A stretch of DNA of 64,000 nucleotides from an uncultured Verrucomicrobiae bacterium (GCA_963813025.1 CAWEXO010000003.1:1-64000); one strand, 5' to 3'. Counted from the stretch's first letter, positions 1 to 9,845 are shown. Program-made: numbers and translations. The notes: generated by a model not told the origin, from the letters alone.

Positions 1-405
1 CTCAGAGCGAGTATTGCCGACCCGGATACGGCTGCATTGATGGGCATCCCAGTCAGGCGATACGTGACGGGCGTCTTCGTCTATGGAAGCGTATTGGCCG
101 GATTAGGTGGCGCACTGATGATCGCCCTTTTTCCCATTACTCCGTTTACCGGGAGTGTCGTCATTATTCGCGGGTTCGCCGTTTCGCTGATCGGCGGGCT
201 CGGGAATGTCGGAGGCGCCGTCCTGGGCGGTCTGATTCTCGGCTTGGTTGATGGTTTGAGCGCCGGGTACGGGTTTCCGGAGTGGACCGATGCCTACTCG
301 CTTGTCGTCATGATCGTGATTCTCATCGTGCGCCCTCAAGGGCTTCTTGGGGGGAACACTTGGGCCGCGCGCAACTTGATGGGTTCGGCAGCCAAGGAGA
401 GGTAA
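1..405 (+). CDS. livH: Branched-chain amino acid ABC transporter permease (LivH-like), 5'-truncated by window edge
   Basis: Hydrophobic ORF with LivH C-terminal motifs (IGGLGNVGGAVLGGLILGLV, ILIVRPQGLLG); first gene of a LivH-M-G-F run. Confidence 0.85.
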   Translation, partial: LRASIADPDTAALMGIPVRRYVTGVFVYGSVLAGLGGALMIALFPITPFTGSVVIIRGFAVSLIGGLGNVGGAVLGGLILGLVDGLSAGYGFPEWTDAYSLVVMIVILIVRPQGLLGGNTWAARNLMGSAAKER

Positions 406-408
406 GCG

Positions 409-1479
409 ATGGAAGATAACCTGCCCGAACCTAACACGCCTCTCGCAGTGGACCAAGGCGTCGGACCAAACCGGGAGGCTCCTCTGGCACTGGTGGGCGG
501 CCCCCGCGACGAGCATCCTGGCTGGAAGCCCTCCCGGGCAGAAATGGTTGCCGGAGCGCTCGTTGTCGGATTTCTTGTCGGATTCCCGTCAATAAATCCA
601 GGTTACCGCTTTTTGTCGCTGGCCATCACCACCGGTTTCACGGCCATCGCATTGTACGGTTTAGGGTTTCAGTTTGGACAGACTGGCATCATGTCGGTCG
701 GACACGCCGGATTGATGGGCATTGGCGCGTACACCGCTGGGATCCTGGCGAGCAGATTCGAAATCGGCTTCTGGCAGGCACTTCCATGTGCTGCTTTGGT
801 TTCCGCCATTGTGGCCGGTCTGATCGGGCTGCCCTCACTGCGGGTGAGCGGGCAACACTACATTATTATTACCTTCTGCTTCTGTGCTTTGTTAATTATC
901 GCACTCACCAATGGCGGGGGAATCACGGGTGGTGCAAGCGGTCTGGACGTGGGCTCGATCGATTCCGCTTTTGGCCTTAATTTCAATAAGCTGATCGTCA
1001 CTTACTACCTGATCGCCGTGGCGCTACTTACCTGCCTTTTGGTTACCTACTTTCTCGTGAACTCCTCCTATGGCCGGACACTTCGGGCTATCCGAGAAAA
1101 CGAAAGGCTCGCGCGTGCCGTAGGCATCAATACGAACCTGCACAAGATCGGTGCGCTCATGGTGAGCGGCACATTTGCGGGGGTGGCTGGAATTCTCCAG
1201 GCTTACTATCTCCGTCATATTTCACCGAGTTTGTACGGCCCTTTTCCAAGCCTTTACCTTGCGTTAATGGTCATGCTGGGCGGCTCGCGACTGCTTTATG
1301 GACCGTTAGTCGGAGCGATTATCGTGAGTTTCCTTCCCGAGATCCTGAAGCTGAATCCGATCGATTCCAGAATCGCTTATGGCATAGGGCTCCTCCTCGT
1401 CATCCTGTTGCTTCCAGGCGGGGTGAGTGCCGGGCTCCTAAACGTCTACCGCTGCCTTTTGCCGAAACGGCGACCCTGA
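409..1479 (+). CDS. livM: Branched-chain amino acid ABC transporter permease (LivM-like)
   Basis: GIMSVGHAGLMGIGAY, GLPSLRVSG, S.YGRTLRAIRENE motifs; GGAG RBS upstream. Confidence 0.88.
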   Translation: MEDNLPEPNTPLAVDQGVGPNREAPLALVGGPRDEHPGWKPSRAEMVAGALVVGFLVGFPSINPGYRFLSLAITTGFTAIALYGLGFQFGQTGIMSVGHAGLMGIGAYTAGILASRFEIGFWQALPCAALVSAIVAGLIGLPSLRVSGQHYIIITFCFCALLIIALTNGGGITGGASGLDVGSIDSAFGLNFNKLIVTYYLIAVALLTCLLVTYFLVNSSYGRTLRAIRENERLARAVGINTNLHKIGALMVSGTFAGVAGILQAYYLRHISPSLYGPFPSLYLALMVMLGGSRLLYGPLVGAIIVSFLPEILKLNPIDSRIAYGIGLLLVILLLPGGVSAGLLNVYRCLLPKRRP

Positions 1480-1494
1480 AACAGAGTAGGCATC

Positions 1495-2220
1495 ATGGCC
1501 ATCCTGGAGATCACCAAATTGCGCAAGGAATTCGGCGGCTTGGTTGCCTTGGCCGGAGTGGACCTCTCGATCGAGTCAGACAAAATCATCGGCATTATCG
1601 GCCCAAACGGGTCCGGAAAGACCACTCTGTTCAATGTCATTACGGGCGTGCATAAACCGACCTCTGGTCGTGTGGTCTGGCGTGGCGAAGACATCACCGG
1701 TCAACCGGCCTACCGGATCGCGCGGAGGGGATTGGTGCGAACCTTTCAGCAGGCAATGTCCTTTCCGGGACTTTCCGTCCGCGAGAACGTGCGTATCGCG
1801 TGCGAGCACACTCGGGCTGGCGGCAACGCGACCAGAGCCATAGGCGGCTCACCAGAGGAACTCCTTCGTTTCGTCGGTCTGGTTGACCAGGGATATGAAA
1901 TCGCGGGTTCTATGCCCTTCGGGAACCTTCGCCGTCTAGGTGTCGCCTTGGCTTTGGGAGCAAATCCGCTGCTGCTGCTGCTTGACGAACCAGCTGCTGG
2001 CTTGAGTCACAGCGAAGCGGACGACCTGATGGCGTTAGTACTCCGTTTGCCGGAGCTGGGAATCGGGGTATGCCTGATTGATCATGATATGTTTTTGATG
2101 AGTTCCCTTTGCGAGCGCCTGGTCGTGCTCAATTTCGGCACCAAGATCGCTGACGGCCCACCGACCCTGGTCCTCAACGATTCCAAAGTCAGGGAGGTTT
2201 ATCTCGGGACTGACCTATGA
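1495..2220 (+). CDS. livG: ABC transporter ATP-binding protein (LivG-like)
   Basis: Walker A GPNGSGKTT, RTFQ, LLLDEPAAG, C-terminal V.EVYLG. Confidence 0.9.
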   Translation: MAILEITKLRKEFGGLVALAGVDLSIESDKIIGIIGPNGSGKTTLFNVITGVHKPTSGRVVWRGEDITGQPAYRIARRGLVRTFQQAMSFPGLSVRENVRIACEHTRAGGNATRAIGGSPEELLRFVGLVDQGYEIAGSMPFGNLRRLGVALALGANPLLLLLDEPAAGLSHSEADDLMALVLRLPELGIGVCLIDHDMFLMSSLCERLVVLNFGTKIADGPPTLVLNDSKVREVYLGTDL

Positions 2221-2966
2221 ATCCCTTAGAGGCCGAGCACCTGCGAACTGCTTACGGCCCCGTGGTGGTAAGCCGGGATGTTTCGCTGACGGTTGGGCAG
2301 CGGGAGATCGTGACCATTCTCGGGCCGAATGGGGCGGGCAAATCAACGCTGCTACGGGCCATCGCGGGATTGTTACGCCCAAAGAAAGGCACCATTCGAT
2401 GGAACGGTCACGAGGTCACGGGGGTGCCTGCCGATCGCATGGCGAGCATGGGCGTGGTGATGGTGCCGGAAGGCCGGCGTGTGTTTGCCGATTTGACCGT
2501 GCAAGAAAATCTCCGTCTCGGCGGATATTGCCGTAAAGACCAGGCCGCCATCGAAGATGATATCCAACGCATGGAAACTTACTTCCAGGTTCTTGCCACG
2601 AAGCGATCTGCCCGGGCTGGAGACCTTAGTGGAGGCCAGCAACAGATGCTGGCAATTGCCCGCGGCCTAATGGCTCGGCCTCAGATTTTATTACTTGATG
2701 AACCTTCGCTTGGCCTATCGCCTCTACTGGTCAAGGAGGTGCGTTCCGTAATCATGGATGTTCGCGACAAATTTTCCGCCTCGGTCCTGCTCGTTGAGCA
2801 AAACGCCGGGCTCGCGCTTGCGGTAGCGGAACGAGGCTATTTGTTGCAGCACGGCGAGATCGTTGCGTCGGGTTCAATCGCGGAACTGAGGGACGATCGT
2901 TTGATGCATGAACTTTATTTGGGGCAAGCTCGGAGCGCGAAAACTATCGTCCGCAACAGCAAGTAG
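2217..2966 (+). CDS. livF: ABC transporter ATP-binding protein (LivF-like)
   Basis: GPNGAGKST, VPEGRRVF, LSGGQQQMLA, LDEPSLGL; ATGA overlap with previous gene. Confidence 0.9.
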   Translation: MNPLEAEHLRTAYGPVVVSRDVSLTVGQREIVTILGPNGAGKSTLLRAIAGLLRPKKGTIRWNGHEVTGVPADRMASMGVVMVPEGRRVFADLTVQENLRLGGYCRKDQAAIEDDIQRMETYFQVLATKRSARAGDLSGGQQQMLAIARGLMARPQILLLDEPSLGLSPLLVKEVRSVIMDVRDKFSASVLLVEQNAGLALAVAERGYLLQHGEIVASGSIAELRDDRLMHELYLGQARSAKTIVRNSK

Positions 2967-3039
2967 TCGATTTGTTAACGTTACTCCGGCCAGGTGGATG
3001 ACTCCCCGGGGCTGAGCGCGTAATTACCCCGCCCCGCGG

Positions 3040-3684
3040 TTACTTTACCCGCACAAAAGCATAATGAACGTCCGGATTCTCGGGCGGATAATCCGTCCGG
3101 ATCGAGATGGTGGCATTCGCTGGCTTGGTGGTATGGGCCGGCGTAACTTTTACTTCAAACACTTTGCCCGGATGGGTCTCCCGGATTTCCAGTTTCACCG
3201 TCGCGTCGTTAGATTGTACGGAAACAATCCGTGCCGGGAACTCGTGCATAACGGCAATTCTAAGAATCTTGGGCTCGGGGCGATCACCTATGCTCCACAT
3301 CAGCAACTCCGGTTCAATCTTGATCGCCTCGGGAATGTCTACCACCAAACGCAACAGCGTCGGATCGTCAGGAGCCAAATCGGTGGTAACGTAGATCCAT
3401 TTTTCCTGGTGGCCGATGCGTCCCGCAAACTGAAACTTTGCCTCGATCTCTCCAGATTCTCCGGGAGCGTAATCCCGTTTTACCAAAGCCGTAGTGGTGC
3501 ACCCGCAGGATGTCCGGACCTCACGGATTGTGACTAACGAGTTTCCAAGGTTCGTGAATCGATAATGAGCGATCACCTGTTTATCTAGCGGCGCCGGAGT
3601 GAAAGTTTGAAGGGGCTCGTTCCACTTCAGTTGGCCGAATGCGGACGTCGCGCAGGCGAGGAAAAGAGAGGAAAGGAATTTCAT
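3040..3684 (-). CDS. Secreted DUF1573-domain protein
   Basis: Likely start MKFLSSLFLACATSAFG (signal peptide) at 3684; Y.F.N.G...V.I..V.TSCGCT motif typical of DUF1573. Confidence 0.75.
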   Translation of the reverse strand: MKFLSSLFLACATSAFGQLKWNEPLQTFTPAPLDKQVIAHYRFTNLGNSLVTIREVRTSCGCTTTALVKRDYAPGESGEIEAKFQFAGRIGHQEKWIYVTTDLAPDDPTLLRLVVDIPEAIKIEPELLMWSIGDRPEPKILRIAVMHEFPARIVSVQSNDATVKLEIRETHPGKVFEVKVTPAHTTKPANATISIRTDYPPENPDVHYAFVRVK

Positions 3685-3744
3685 GAAGCGCCGTAACGTT
3701 ACCAGACGATAGCAATCTTGGGCCAACGTTTTTCGGGGTAATAT

Positions 3745-4096
3745 CCTGGGCCTGAACCGTGCGGAAGTGATGTTTCGCGAAGGGCAGTACGTCGAAGCGC
3801 CGGAATTTCCTTCGCTGCTTGGATACGAAGCTGCAGGCGTTATCGAAGAGATCGGCCCCGGAGTTGAAGGACTTAGGCCAGGTGACCGCGCCGCGACCAT
3901 TCCGGCGTTTTCCATGAAGCGCTACGGCACTTACGGTGATTCCGTTGTTCTGCCCGCTGCCGCCATGGCGCTGACGCCGGCTAATCTGTCTTCTGTTGAA
4001 GCCGCTGCCTGCTGGATGCAATACCTGACGGCTTACATGCTCATCGAGTTTGGTGATATGAAGGCTGCGGATGACGTCCTCATCGCGAGGAGGTAA
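3745..4096 (+). pseudogene. Zinc-binding dehydrogenase / quinone oxidoreductase fragment
   Basis: GLNRAEVMFREG, LGYEAAGVIEEIG, AAACWMQYLTAY; lacks N-terminus and NAD(P)-binding C-terminal half; start approximate. Confidence 0.75.
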
Positions 4097-4314
4097 TTGG
4101 TCGACTGAGCCACAGAGGAGTCGGAAGCTATTTCCAAGATCCTGTAGCGGTAGTGCCAAGCGTTTCCTGGGGTGCGGCTGGTTCAGAAATTTCTCACCCG
4201 ATTGTAGTATAGCAAATTTACCGGTATCGCGATCTACTAACTGGAGCGGTACTGAGAGACAAGAGAAGAAGACGCTCGCGGCCGGTTGTATATACGCCTT
4301 CATGACGAAGAACC

Positions 4315-6315
4315 ATGGCTGAGAAAGAAGAAAGATCGTCCTCTATCCCATGGCTGCCGCTGATCTCCTTGATCCTGGTGGGCAGTGGGGTTGTCCTTTC
4401 GTTCCAACAGCTCACCAGTTCTAGGCCCGGAGGCGGCGACATCCGACTGGCGAGAGACACATTTGAGCCCGAAACCATCGACGCGAGACTTTGGGAGGAT
4501 CCTTTGGGCGTGACCGCCGCGGACCGCGACGGCAACCGAAATGGCAGCGAAGCACACGCTATCCACCGGTTTCAAAGAGTTCTCATAGATAAATGCTTCG
4601 CAGCAATACCAATCTATTCGTCCAAAAAGCATTTGTCCTTCGCGGAACAAGAGAAACAGGTACAGATGCTTTCGGGGCAGATAAAGATTTTGGCGGTGAT
4701 GCTACCAGGAGGTCCGTATGTTGAGGACGTCGAACGGCGCCTCCGCGGCCGCCGAGCGGTGATTGAGGGGTTAGCTGCGGCAGACTACGAACCCGAGAAG
4801 GACCACGAGATTGGGTATTTCTGTGTGCCATGGCAAAAACTCAATCCCACTGTCGGCGGCTGCATTTCGACGTTGGAGACGGATCGAGACAAAGATGAAA
4901 CTGGTTGGTTTTCAAATGACGTCGGGATTCATCCAATGAGAAACTACAACAGGTCAGAGGGACAGGAGTCGGACCAGCACCTCCTGGTTGTTCCTTGCGA
5001 GTGGTACGAGCAAGCGCGTTTTGGCTCCCAGGAAGGCCCTTGCCATGTGCTGGTACTCTGGCTTAACGATGCTGCATTTCGGGATGCTCCTCTCGCGCGG
5101 CTGGCAGACCTCATCTCATGGTTTCGTTTCAAACTCGTTAATTATCTTCGATTCGCCTATTTTCCGCCTTTCCCAGTATTCGCTCCCGTCTTCACAGTAC
5201 TTGGCCCGGATAATTCCGGAACGCTGCGCGAAATGGTCATGGAGGCTAACGAAGACCGGTGGGCCAATGAGACGCGGCGGTGCCTGGCGACAACCCATAT
5301 CTATTCATACCAAGCCTCAGCGGCTGATTCTCGTTTATTATATGGATTACCCGGGTCAGGTAAGTCTCCCATCTGCAAAAATCTAATCGAAGAAAAAGTC
5401 AACGCGGGCAGCGGCTTCTGCTTTGAGCGTATGAACCTTTTGGATGATCAAGTAGTAGAGACTCTGTGGCACGAATTAGGACGCCGCGGCCTTAAAAAGG
5501 ATGATCACGTCGCCATCATTTCAGAGGAGGACACGTACTATGCGCGAGCTCTGTGCTCAAGCTTTATGGACCCAGTCGTCAGTAAACTACCTCCTAAAAA
5601 TATTCAACGGTACACCTATCTCCGAGGAATCGACGGGAAGCTTCCGTCGAAGAAGAATGATGGGAAAGAAGCGAACGACGTGCCTGAGGGTGCTGCCGAC
5701 AAAAATACTCGATTCTCTTTGCGCCCGAGGGAGCGAACGGAAGGCCTTAGTCAATCAGATGATATTCGCCGCCTGGCAGAGAAGCTACAGAAATCGGATA
5801 TACACTTCAAAGCGGTCGGCCTACTCGGCAGTGATGTGTACGATAAGCTAGAGCTTCTTAAAGCACTGCGTCCGATGCTTCCTGAGGCAGTGTTTTTTAC
5901 CAACAATCTCGACGCTCGCCTGGCACATCCTGACGAGTGGAGCGAGACGCACAACCTGGTAGTTGTTTCGGCACGAGGTCTCTCCTTGGATAACGATCAG
6001 GATGTCCCCTCAACGGAAAGCGATCAGAAGTTCCCTCCATTTCGGGATAGTGCGCAGACGGCTCTTTTTGAGGCAACGTTGGAGGCAATGGGAGGACATC
6101 CTGCGATACCCAAGTCTCCCCTCATCTTTGAAATCGGGCGCAATGGCGCTGAACAGTTGGGCCTCCCAGAGGATAGGATTAAGCTATTTGCTTCATTCCA
6201 AAACTATCTCCTGCATTTCGGCTGCTTCATCGCATTCGGCTGTCTGCTTCTGGCTTGGGTATGGCTGGTTTCACGAGTCAGTTTAGTACCTTCGAATGAG
6301 GAAACCCGAGCATAA
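4315..6315 (+). CDS. Uncharacterised protein, 666 aa: N-terminal TM, large soluble domain, C-terminal TM
   Basis: Long ORF; hydrophobic segments at approx. aa 12-30 and 630-655; motifs DARLWEDP, ISEEDTYYAR, GLLGSDVYDKL, FTNNLDARL, FRDSAQT. Confidence 0.8.
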   Translation: MAEKEERSSSIPWLPLISLILVGSGVVLSFQQLTSSRPGGGDIRLARDTFEPETIDARLWEDPLGVTAADRDGNRNGSEAHAIHRFQRVLIDKCFAAIPIYSSKKHLSFAEQEKQVQMLSGQIKILAVMLPGGPYVEDVERRLRGRRAVIEGLAAADYEPEKDHEIGYFCVPWQKLNPTVGGCISTLETDRDKDETGWFSNDVGIHPMRNYNRSEGQESDQHLLVVPCEWYEQARFGSQEGPCHVLVLWLNDAAFRDAPLARLADLISWFRFKLVNYLRFAYFPPFPVFAPVFTVLGPDNSGTLREMVMEANEDRWANETRRCLATTHIYSYQASAADSRLLYGLPGSGKSPICKNLIEEKVNAGSGFCFERMNLLDDQVVETLWHELGRRGLKKDDHVAIISEEDTYYARALCSSFMDPVVSKLPPKNIQRYTYLRGIDGKLPSKKNDGKEANDVPEGAADKNTRFSLRPRERTEGLSQSDDIRRLAEKLQKSDIHFKAVGLLGSDVYDKLELLKALRPMLPEAVFFTNNLDARLAHPDEWSETHNLVVVSARGLSLDNDQDVPSTESDQKFPPFRDSAQTALFEATLEAMGGHPAIPKSPLIFEIGRNGAEQLGLPEDRIKLFASFQNYLLHFGCFIAFGCLLLAWVWLVSRVSLVPSNEETRA

Positions 6316-6343
6316 GACATAAAGAACGAACAACGGATGAGAA

Positions 6344-7588
6344 ATGAAGATAGGGACGTTAATGCAAGCATTGCGAAAGCATCGTGACGTAGTCGCCGCA
6401 TCGAGTTGGCTTGCAGTACCGGTCTGCGCGATTCTGGCAGGTGTAACGGTTTGTGGGATCTACATCTTTCAGAATCACTCGGGGAGGGGACAAGCGTTTG
6501 CTTGGTTCAATGGAACCAGCTCTTGGCCTTCTATTGGGATTTTTCTCTTTTCCGCGCTCTTGTCGGTGCACTTTGTGTTCAAAATGCATTTCCAACTAAA
6601 GGAAAACGCCGCCAAATTGGCAGAGGAGTTCGGATTAAAACCAGAGATCCCGAAGGAAAGTTGTTGGTTAACTTTGAAGAGGATAGCCCTCGGTTGGGAT
6701 CCGCCCAAACTTGTAGAAACCCATGCCTCCGCTGTTCTTCCCGGATGGGAAGAAGAAAAAGAGAAGAAGATCGATATCGAAGCTTTGTGGGGTCGCTATG
6801 TTTCCCGCGGCCGATTTTGGGCACGGCTGTCACGCGCAGCGCCGATGACTGTTCTTTATATGTGCGCTCTAGGCTTCCTACTACCTCTCAATGGCCATTT
6901 CCCAGACCCGCCCATGCGGGGCAATTTCAATTTTCCGTTGTTAATGTTTTTTACGATTGTCCCCTTCCTCTTCCTTACCTTTTTCGTGATCGATGCCGTT
7001 CGGCTGCACGAAGGCTTCCTCAAACAGCTCGCGTGGAAGAAGACCTATTGGCCGAACACTACCTTCGAGAAATACAAATATACCGTCAGACCCAAGGGTC
7101 CAAAAAACGAGAAACACCAAAAGAACGAGAAGCGCCCAAAAAATGAGAACAGCCTTGCGGACTATTGGGACATCCTTCTGATTGCAAGGCGCACTGAAGC
7201 AGTCGGGAATCTCATCTACTATCCTTTCGTCATTCTTTCGCTCTTGATTGCAGCCAGGTTGAAATACTTTGGTAACTGGACATGGCCGCCGGTCCTCCTC
7301 GTTGCGCTCTCCCTGCACGTCTCTCTCGCACTCTACGCAGCTTGGTGGCTTCCGAAAGTGGCAAGGGAATACCGAGACAAGGCCTTAACGCGGCTAAAGC
7401 GACGCAGGCGCCAAGATCTCATGCTTGCGCGACGGTCGCCCGAGGTAAGCGATACCATGATCGAGGAAGTTCAATCGACCCATCAGGGGGCATTCTCTTA
7501 CTTATGGGAACAGCCAGCAGTACGAGCAATCTTGTTGCCGTCCGGCGGGTTAGGTATTGCCACACTGCTTCAATACCTGCCCCACTAG
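6344..7588 (+). CDS. Uncharacterised multi-pass membrane protein, 414 aa
   Basis: About 6-7 hydrophobic segments; motifs LIYYPFVIL, AARLKYFGNW, GAFSYLWEQP.VRAILLPSGG; 28 bp after the previous gene. Confidence 0.8.
   Translation: MKIGTLMQALRKHRDVVAASSWLAVPVCAILAGVTVCGIYIFQNHSGRGQAFAWFNGTSSWPSIGIFLFSALLSVHFVFKMHFQLKENAAKLAEEFGLKPEIPKESCWLTLKRIALGWDPPKLVETHASAVLPGWEEEKEKKIDIEALWGRYVSRGRFWARLSRAAPMTVLYMCALGFLLPLNGHFPDPPMRGNFNFPLLMFFTIVPFLFLTFFVIDAVRLHEGFLKQLAWKKTYWPNTTFEKYKYTVRPKGPKNEKHQKNEKRPKNENSLADYWDILLIARRTEAVGNLIYYPFVILSLLIAARLKYFGNWTWPPVLLVALSLHVSLALYAAWWLPKVAREYRDKALTRLKRRRRQDLMLARRSPEVSDTMIEEVQSTHQGAFSYLWEQPAVRAILLPSGGLGIATLLQYLPH
7100..7150 (+). repeat. In-frame degenerate 18-bp tandem repeat (about 3 units; PKNEKH-QKNEKR-PKNEN)
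   Basis: ccaaaaaacgagaaacac / caaaagaacgagaagcgc / ccaaaaaatgagaac. Confidence 0.75.
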
Positions 7589-7598
7589 GGAGGCCGCA

Positions 7599-7860
7599 AT
7601 GAAAGCGGTGGCGTTCGCCAACAACGATATTGCGGTCGTGGCATGGACGTTTGGCGGCAAGCTGCCGAACTGCCGCGGCTTCGCGGTGTACCGCATAGAT
7701 GTGCGTGCGGGAACCGAGACCTGCCTGCCAGCCATGGCGACGTTCTCTGGTCAGCAAGCGACGCCTGGGCGCACCACGACCCGGTTCACCGAGTATTAAT
7801 TGATGCGGTGGCGGATGCGTTGAAGGCGAGGCCGACGCTGTTCGTGCGCGGCGGCGCCCT
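7599..7860 (+). pseudogene. Remnant of a probable phospholipase-D-like protein
   Basis: GGAGG RBS, then MKAVAFANNDIAVVAWTFGGKLPNCRGFAVYRID, which resembles N-termini of bacterial PLD-like proteins; jumps to an apparent internal piece (LIDAVADALKARPTLFVRG); no HKD motif retained. Confidence 0.5.
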
Positions 7861-7920
7861 GACCGCTTCGCCGGCGGCAAGCGGATTCTACACCTCCGTC
7901 AGGCGACCATCGGTTGAGGG

Positions 7921-9723
7921 TTAAGTTCCGGGTGCTGATTGTGGCTTTTTTTCAAGTGCGTTCCCCCAAACTGCGATCGGCTGACCCAAGAGCTTTCTCG
8001 GGCCAACAATTTGCGGCTGTTGGCCAATGCCAAGATCTCGTAGACGAATTTGGATCGCATCCATTAATTGCTCGAACGTCAGGTTCAGCTCGTCGCTCCC
8101 GCCTTGTCCGATCGCACTAATGAGCGCGTAGGTAAATGCGCCATGGATCGTTGCGCCATCCGGATATTCAAATGACGGTTGATTATCGCCGCAGGCCTCC
8201 AGCACGACCGGAAGAAACGGTCCATCATGCTTTTGCCGTTTGCGAACCGCGTCGTAATCGGACTGCTGCAATGTTCGCAGTGGAACGGCACGTCCCAGTT
8301 TATAGGTACAATGGTTTTGTCCAGTGTAAGCGTTCTGTTCTCCATCCAGGCCAGGAAGCACACTCTTGAATTTGCGACTGACCCAGCGTTGCTCCGGAAT
8401 GTCCCATTGCAGAAAAGCGTGCCGGATCGATTCGGGAATCGGCAGGCAACGAACGCCGCTCTGTTGGGATTTGACCATTCCTCCAGAGAAGCACGAGTCG
8501 AAAATCGAGAGAAACCGCGACGCTTTTGGCAATTGGCTATACAAATCCAGGAAGTCCCGGTCGGTAATTGCGTTAAGCTTCTGCCAAGCAAAATCCACCG
8601 GCACGATTCCGTCCTCGAGGTGATCAATCACGCCATTTGTTCCCCGCCCAGGTAGCTGGATTCCATGCCCGCTATAATAAAAGATTCGATTCGCCTGATC
8701 GTTGCAGTCCGCGAGCAGCCAGTGCAAACGGTCAAGAATATTTTCTCTCGTGGCGCGTTCATTGAGAAGGACGCTAATGTCCTCGGGCGAGAAACCCTTT
8801 CCCTGAAGCGTGGCGCTCACGGCATAGACATCGTTGACACAGCCTCTGAGCTTGTTTGCCGGATCAGGATATTCATTGATCCCGACCAGTAACGCTCGGC
8901 GATGGGGAGGCTCTGTCGCCTTGTTGACAATGGCAAAGCCGCGCGAAACCAGAGTATCCTCAACCCCTCTCGAAATTGGCTCCCAAACCTGAATGAGCGT
9001 GTTCGGGTGATCGAGATAGCCGGGATTTGCGCGGATGGCGATGGGGCTGTGGCCGGCCGGAGAATCTGTTTCTACCTGGCTAAAACGCGCTTGGCCGGGC
9101 TCCGAGATAGGCGCGGTGAATGCTGGATCCAGCTTGTTGAACAAGTGATACCATTTCCTGGCCGAAACCATTGGCACCAAGCCAGCCCACATTCTGGCCC
9201 GGATAAACAGATTGGCAATCTGCGATCCACAGGTGATGTAAATCTTGCCGTCGAGCAGGTTTCGGCCGACGTCATCGTGGGTGAATAAATCGAAAGAAAG
9301 CAGTGTGCCGAGGCTATGCGCGAGAATAATGTCCGGCTGAAACTGCTGCATCGTCGTGGTGAGATCATCCCTGAGTTTTTGCCGCAGCTGTCCGTTGACG
9401 ACCCATTGTGCAACCATTCCGGCGTACCAACGACCAACGTACTTGAAAGCATCGAGAGGTTCGAATGCTCTTGGTTGCAGAGGGTCAGTGGCGGCATGCC
9501 AGGCGGCACTTCCGAGAAGCTCGGTGACCGCTTCAGCATCTTCAGCCGCGTTGCTCGGGAATTGTTCAAAAATTTGGTCATAGGAGAGCGTAGCAAATTG
9601 CAGGTTGCCTTGATTCGCTCCGCCAAAGGCGTGAACGATTGCGTCTCTCCATGGCTGATTCCAGTCACGGTTTGCTTCGGCATGTCCGATCCCGTGAATG
9701 CAGAGGATTTTGTAAGAAGGCAT
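7921..9723 (-). CDS. Alpha/beta-hydrolase - caspase family (peptidase C14, metacaspase) fusion, 600 aa
   Basis: N-terminal IHGIG and AHSLG nucleophile elbow; C-terminal RALLVGINEY..LRGCVND, YSGHG (catalytic His), DSCFSGG (catalytic Cys), HGAFTYAL. Confidence 0.88.
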   Translation of the reverse strand: MPSYKILCIHGIGHAEANRDWNQPWRDAIVHAFGGANQGNLQFATLSYDQIFEQFPSNAAEDAEAVTELLGSAAWHAATDPLQPRAFEPLDAFKYVGRWYAGMVAQWVVNGQLRQKLRDDLTTTMQQFQPDIILAHSLGTLLSFDLFTHDDVGRNLLDGKIYITCGSQIANLFIRARMWAGLVPMVSARKWYHLFNKLDPAFTAPISEPGQARFSQVETDSPAGHSPIAIRANPGYLDHPNTLIQVWEPISRGVEDTLVSRGFAIVNKATEPPHRRALLVGINEYPDPANKLRGCVNDVYAVSATLQGKGFSPEDISVLLNERATRENILDRLHWLLADCNDQANRIFYYSGHGIQLPGRGTNGVIDHLEDGIVPVDFAWQKLNAITDRDFLDLYSQLPKASRFLSIFDSCFSGGMVKSQQSGVRCLPIPESIRHAFLQWDIPEQRWVSRKFKSVLPGLDGEQNAYTGQNHCTYKLGRAVPLRTLQQSDYDAVRKRQKHDGPFLPVVLEACGDNQPSFEYPDGATIHGAFTYALISAIGQGGSDELNLTFEQLMDAIQIRLRDLGIGQQPQIVGPRKLLGQPIAVWGNALEKKPQSAPGT

Positions 9724-9845
9724 ATCGGCTCAGTGATTAATTAACGTTCATCACTTGTTTGCCGGGGTCTGTCTGTACTCCGTTGGGGTGAGTTTTGGAT
9801 TGGGGATAGACTTCCATCTGATCAACCGTGAACCGATAGGCCCTT

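Noticed and set aside
3685..3915. Long N-terminal extension of the 3040-3915 ORF
   Set aside because: It is antisense to the dehydrogenase fragment; the signal peptide starts at 3684
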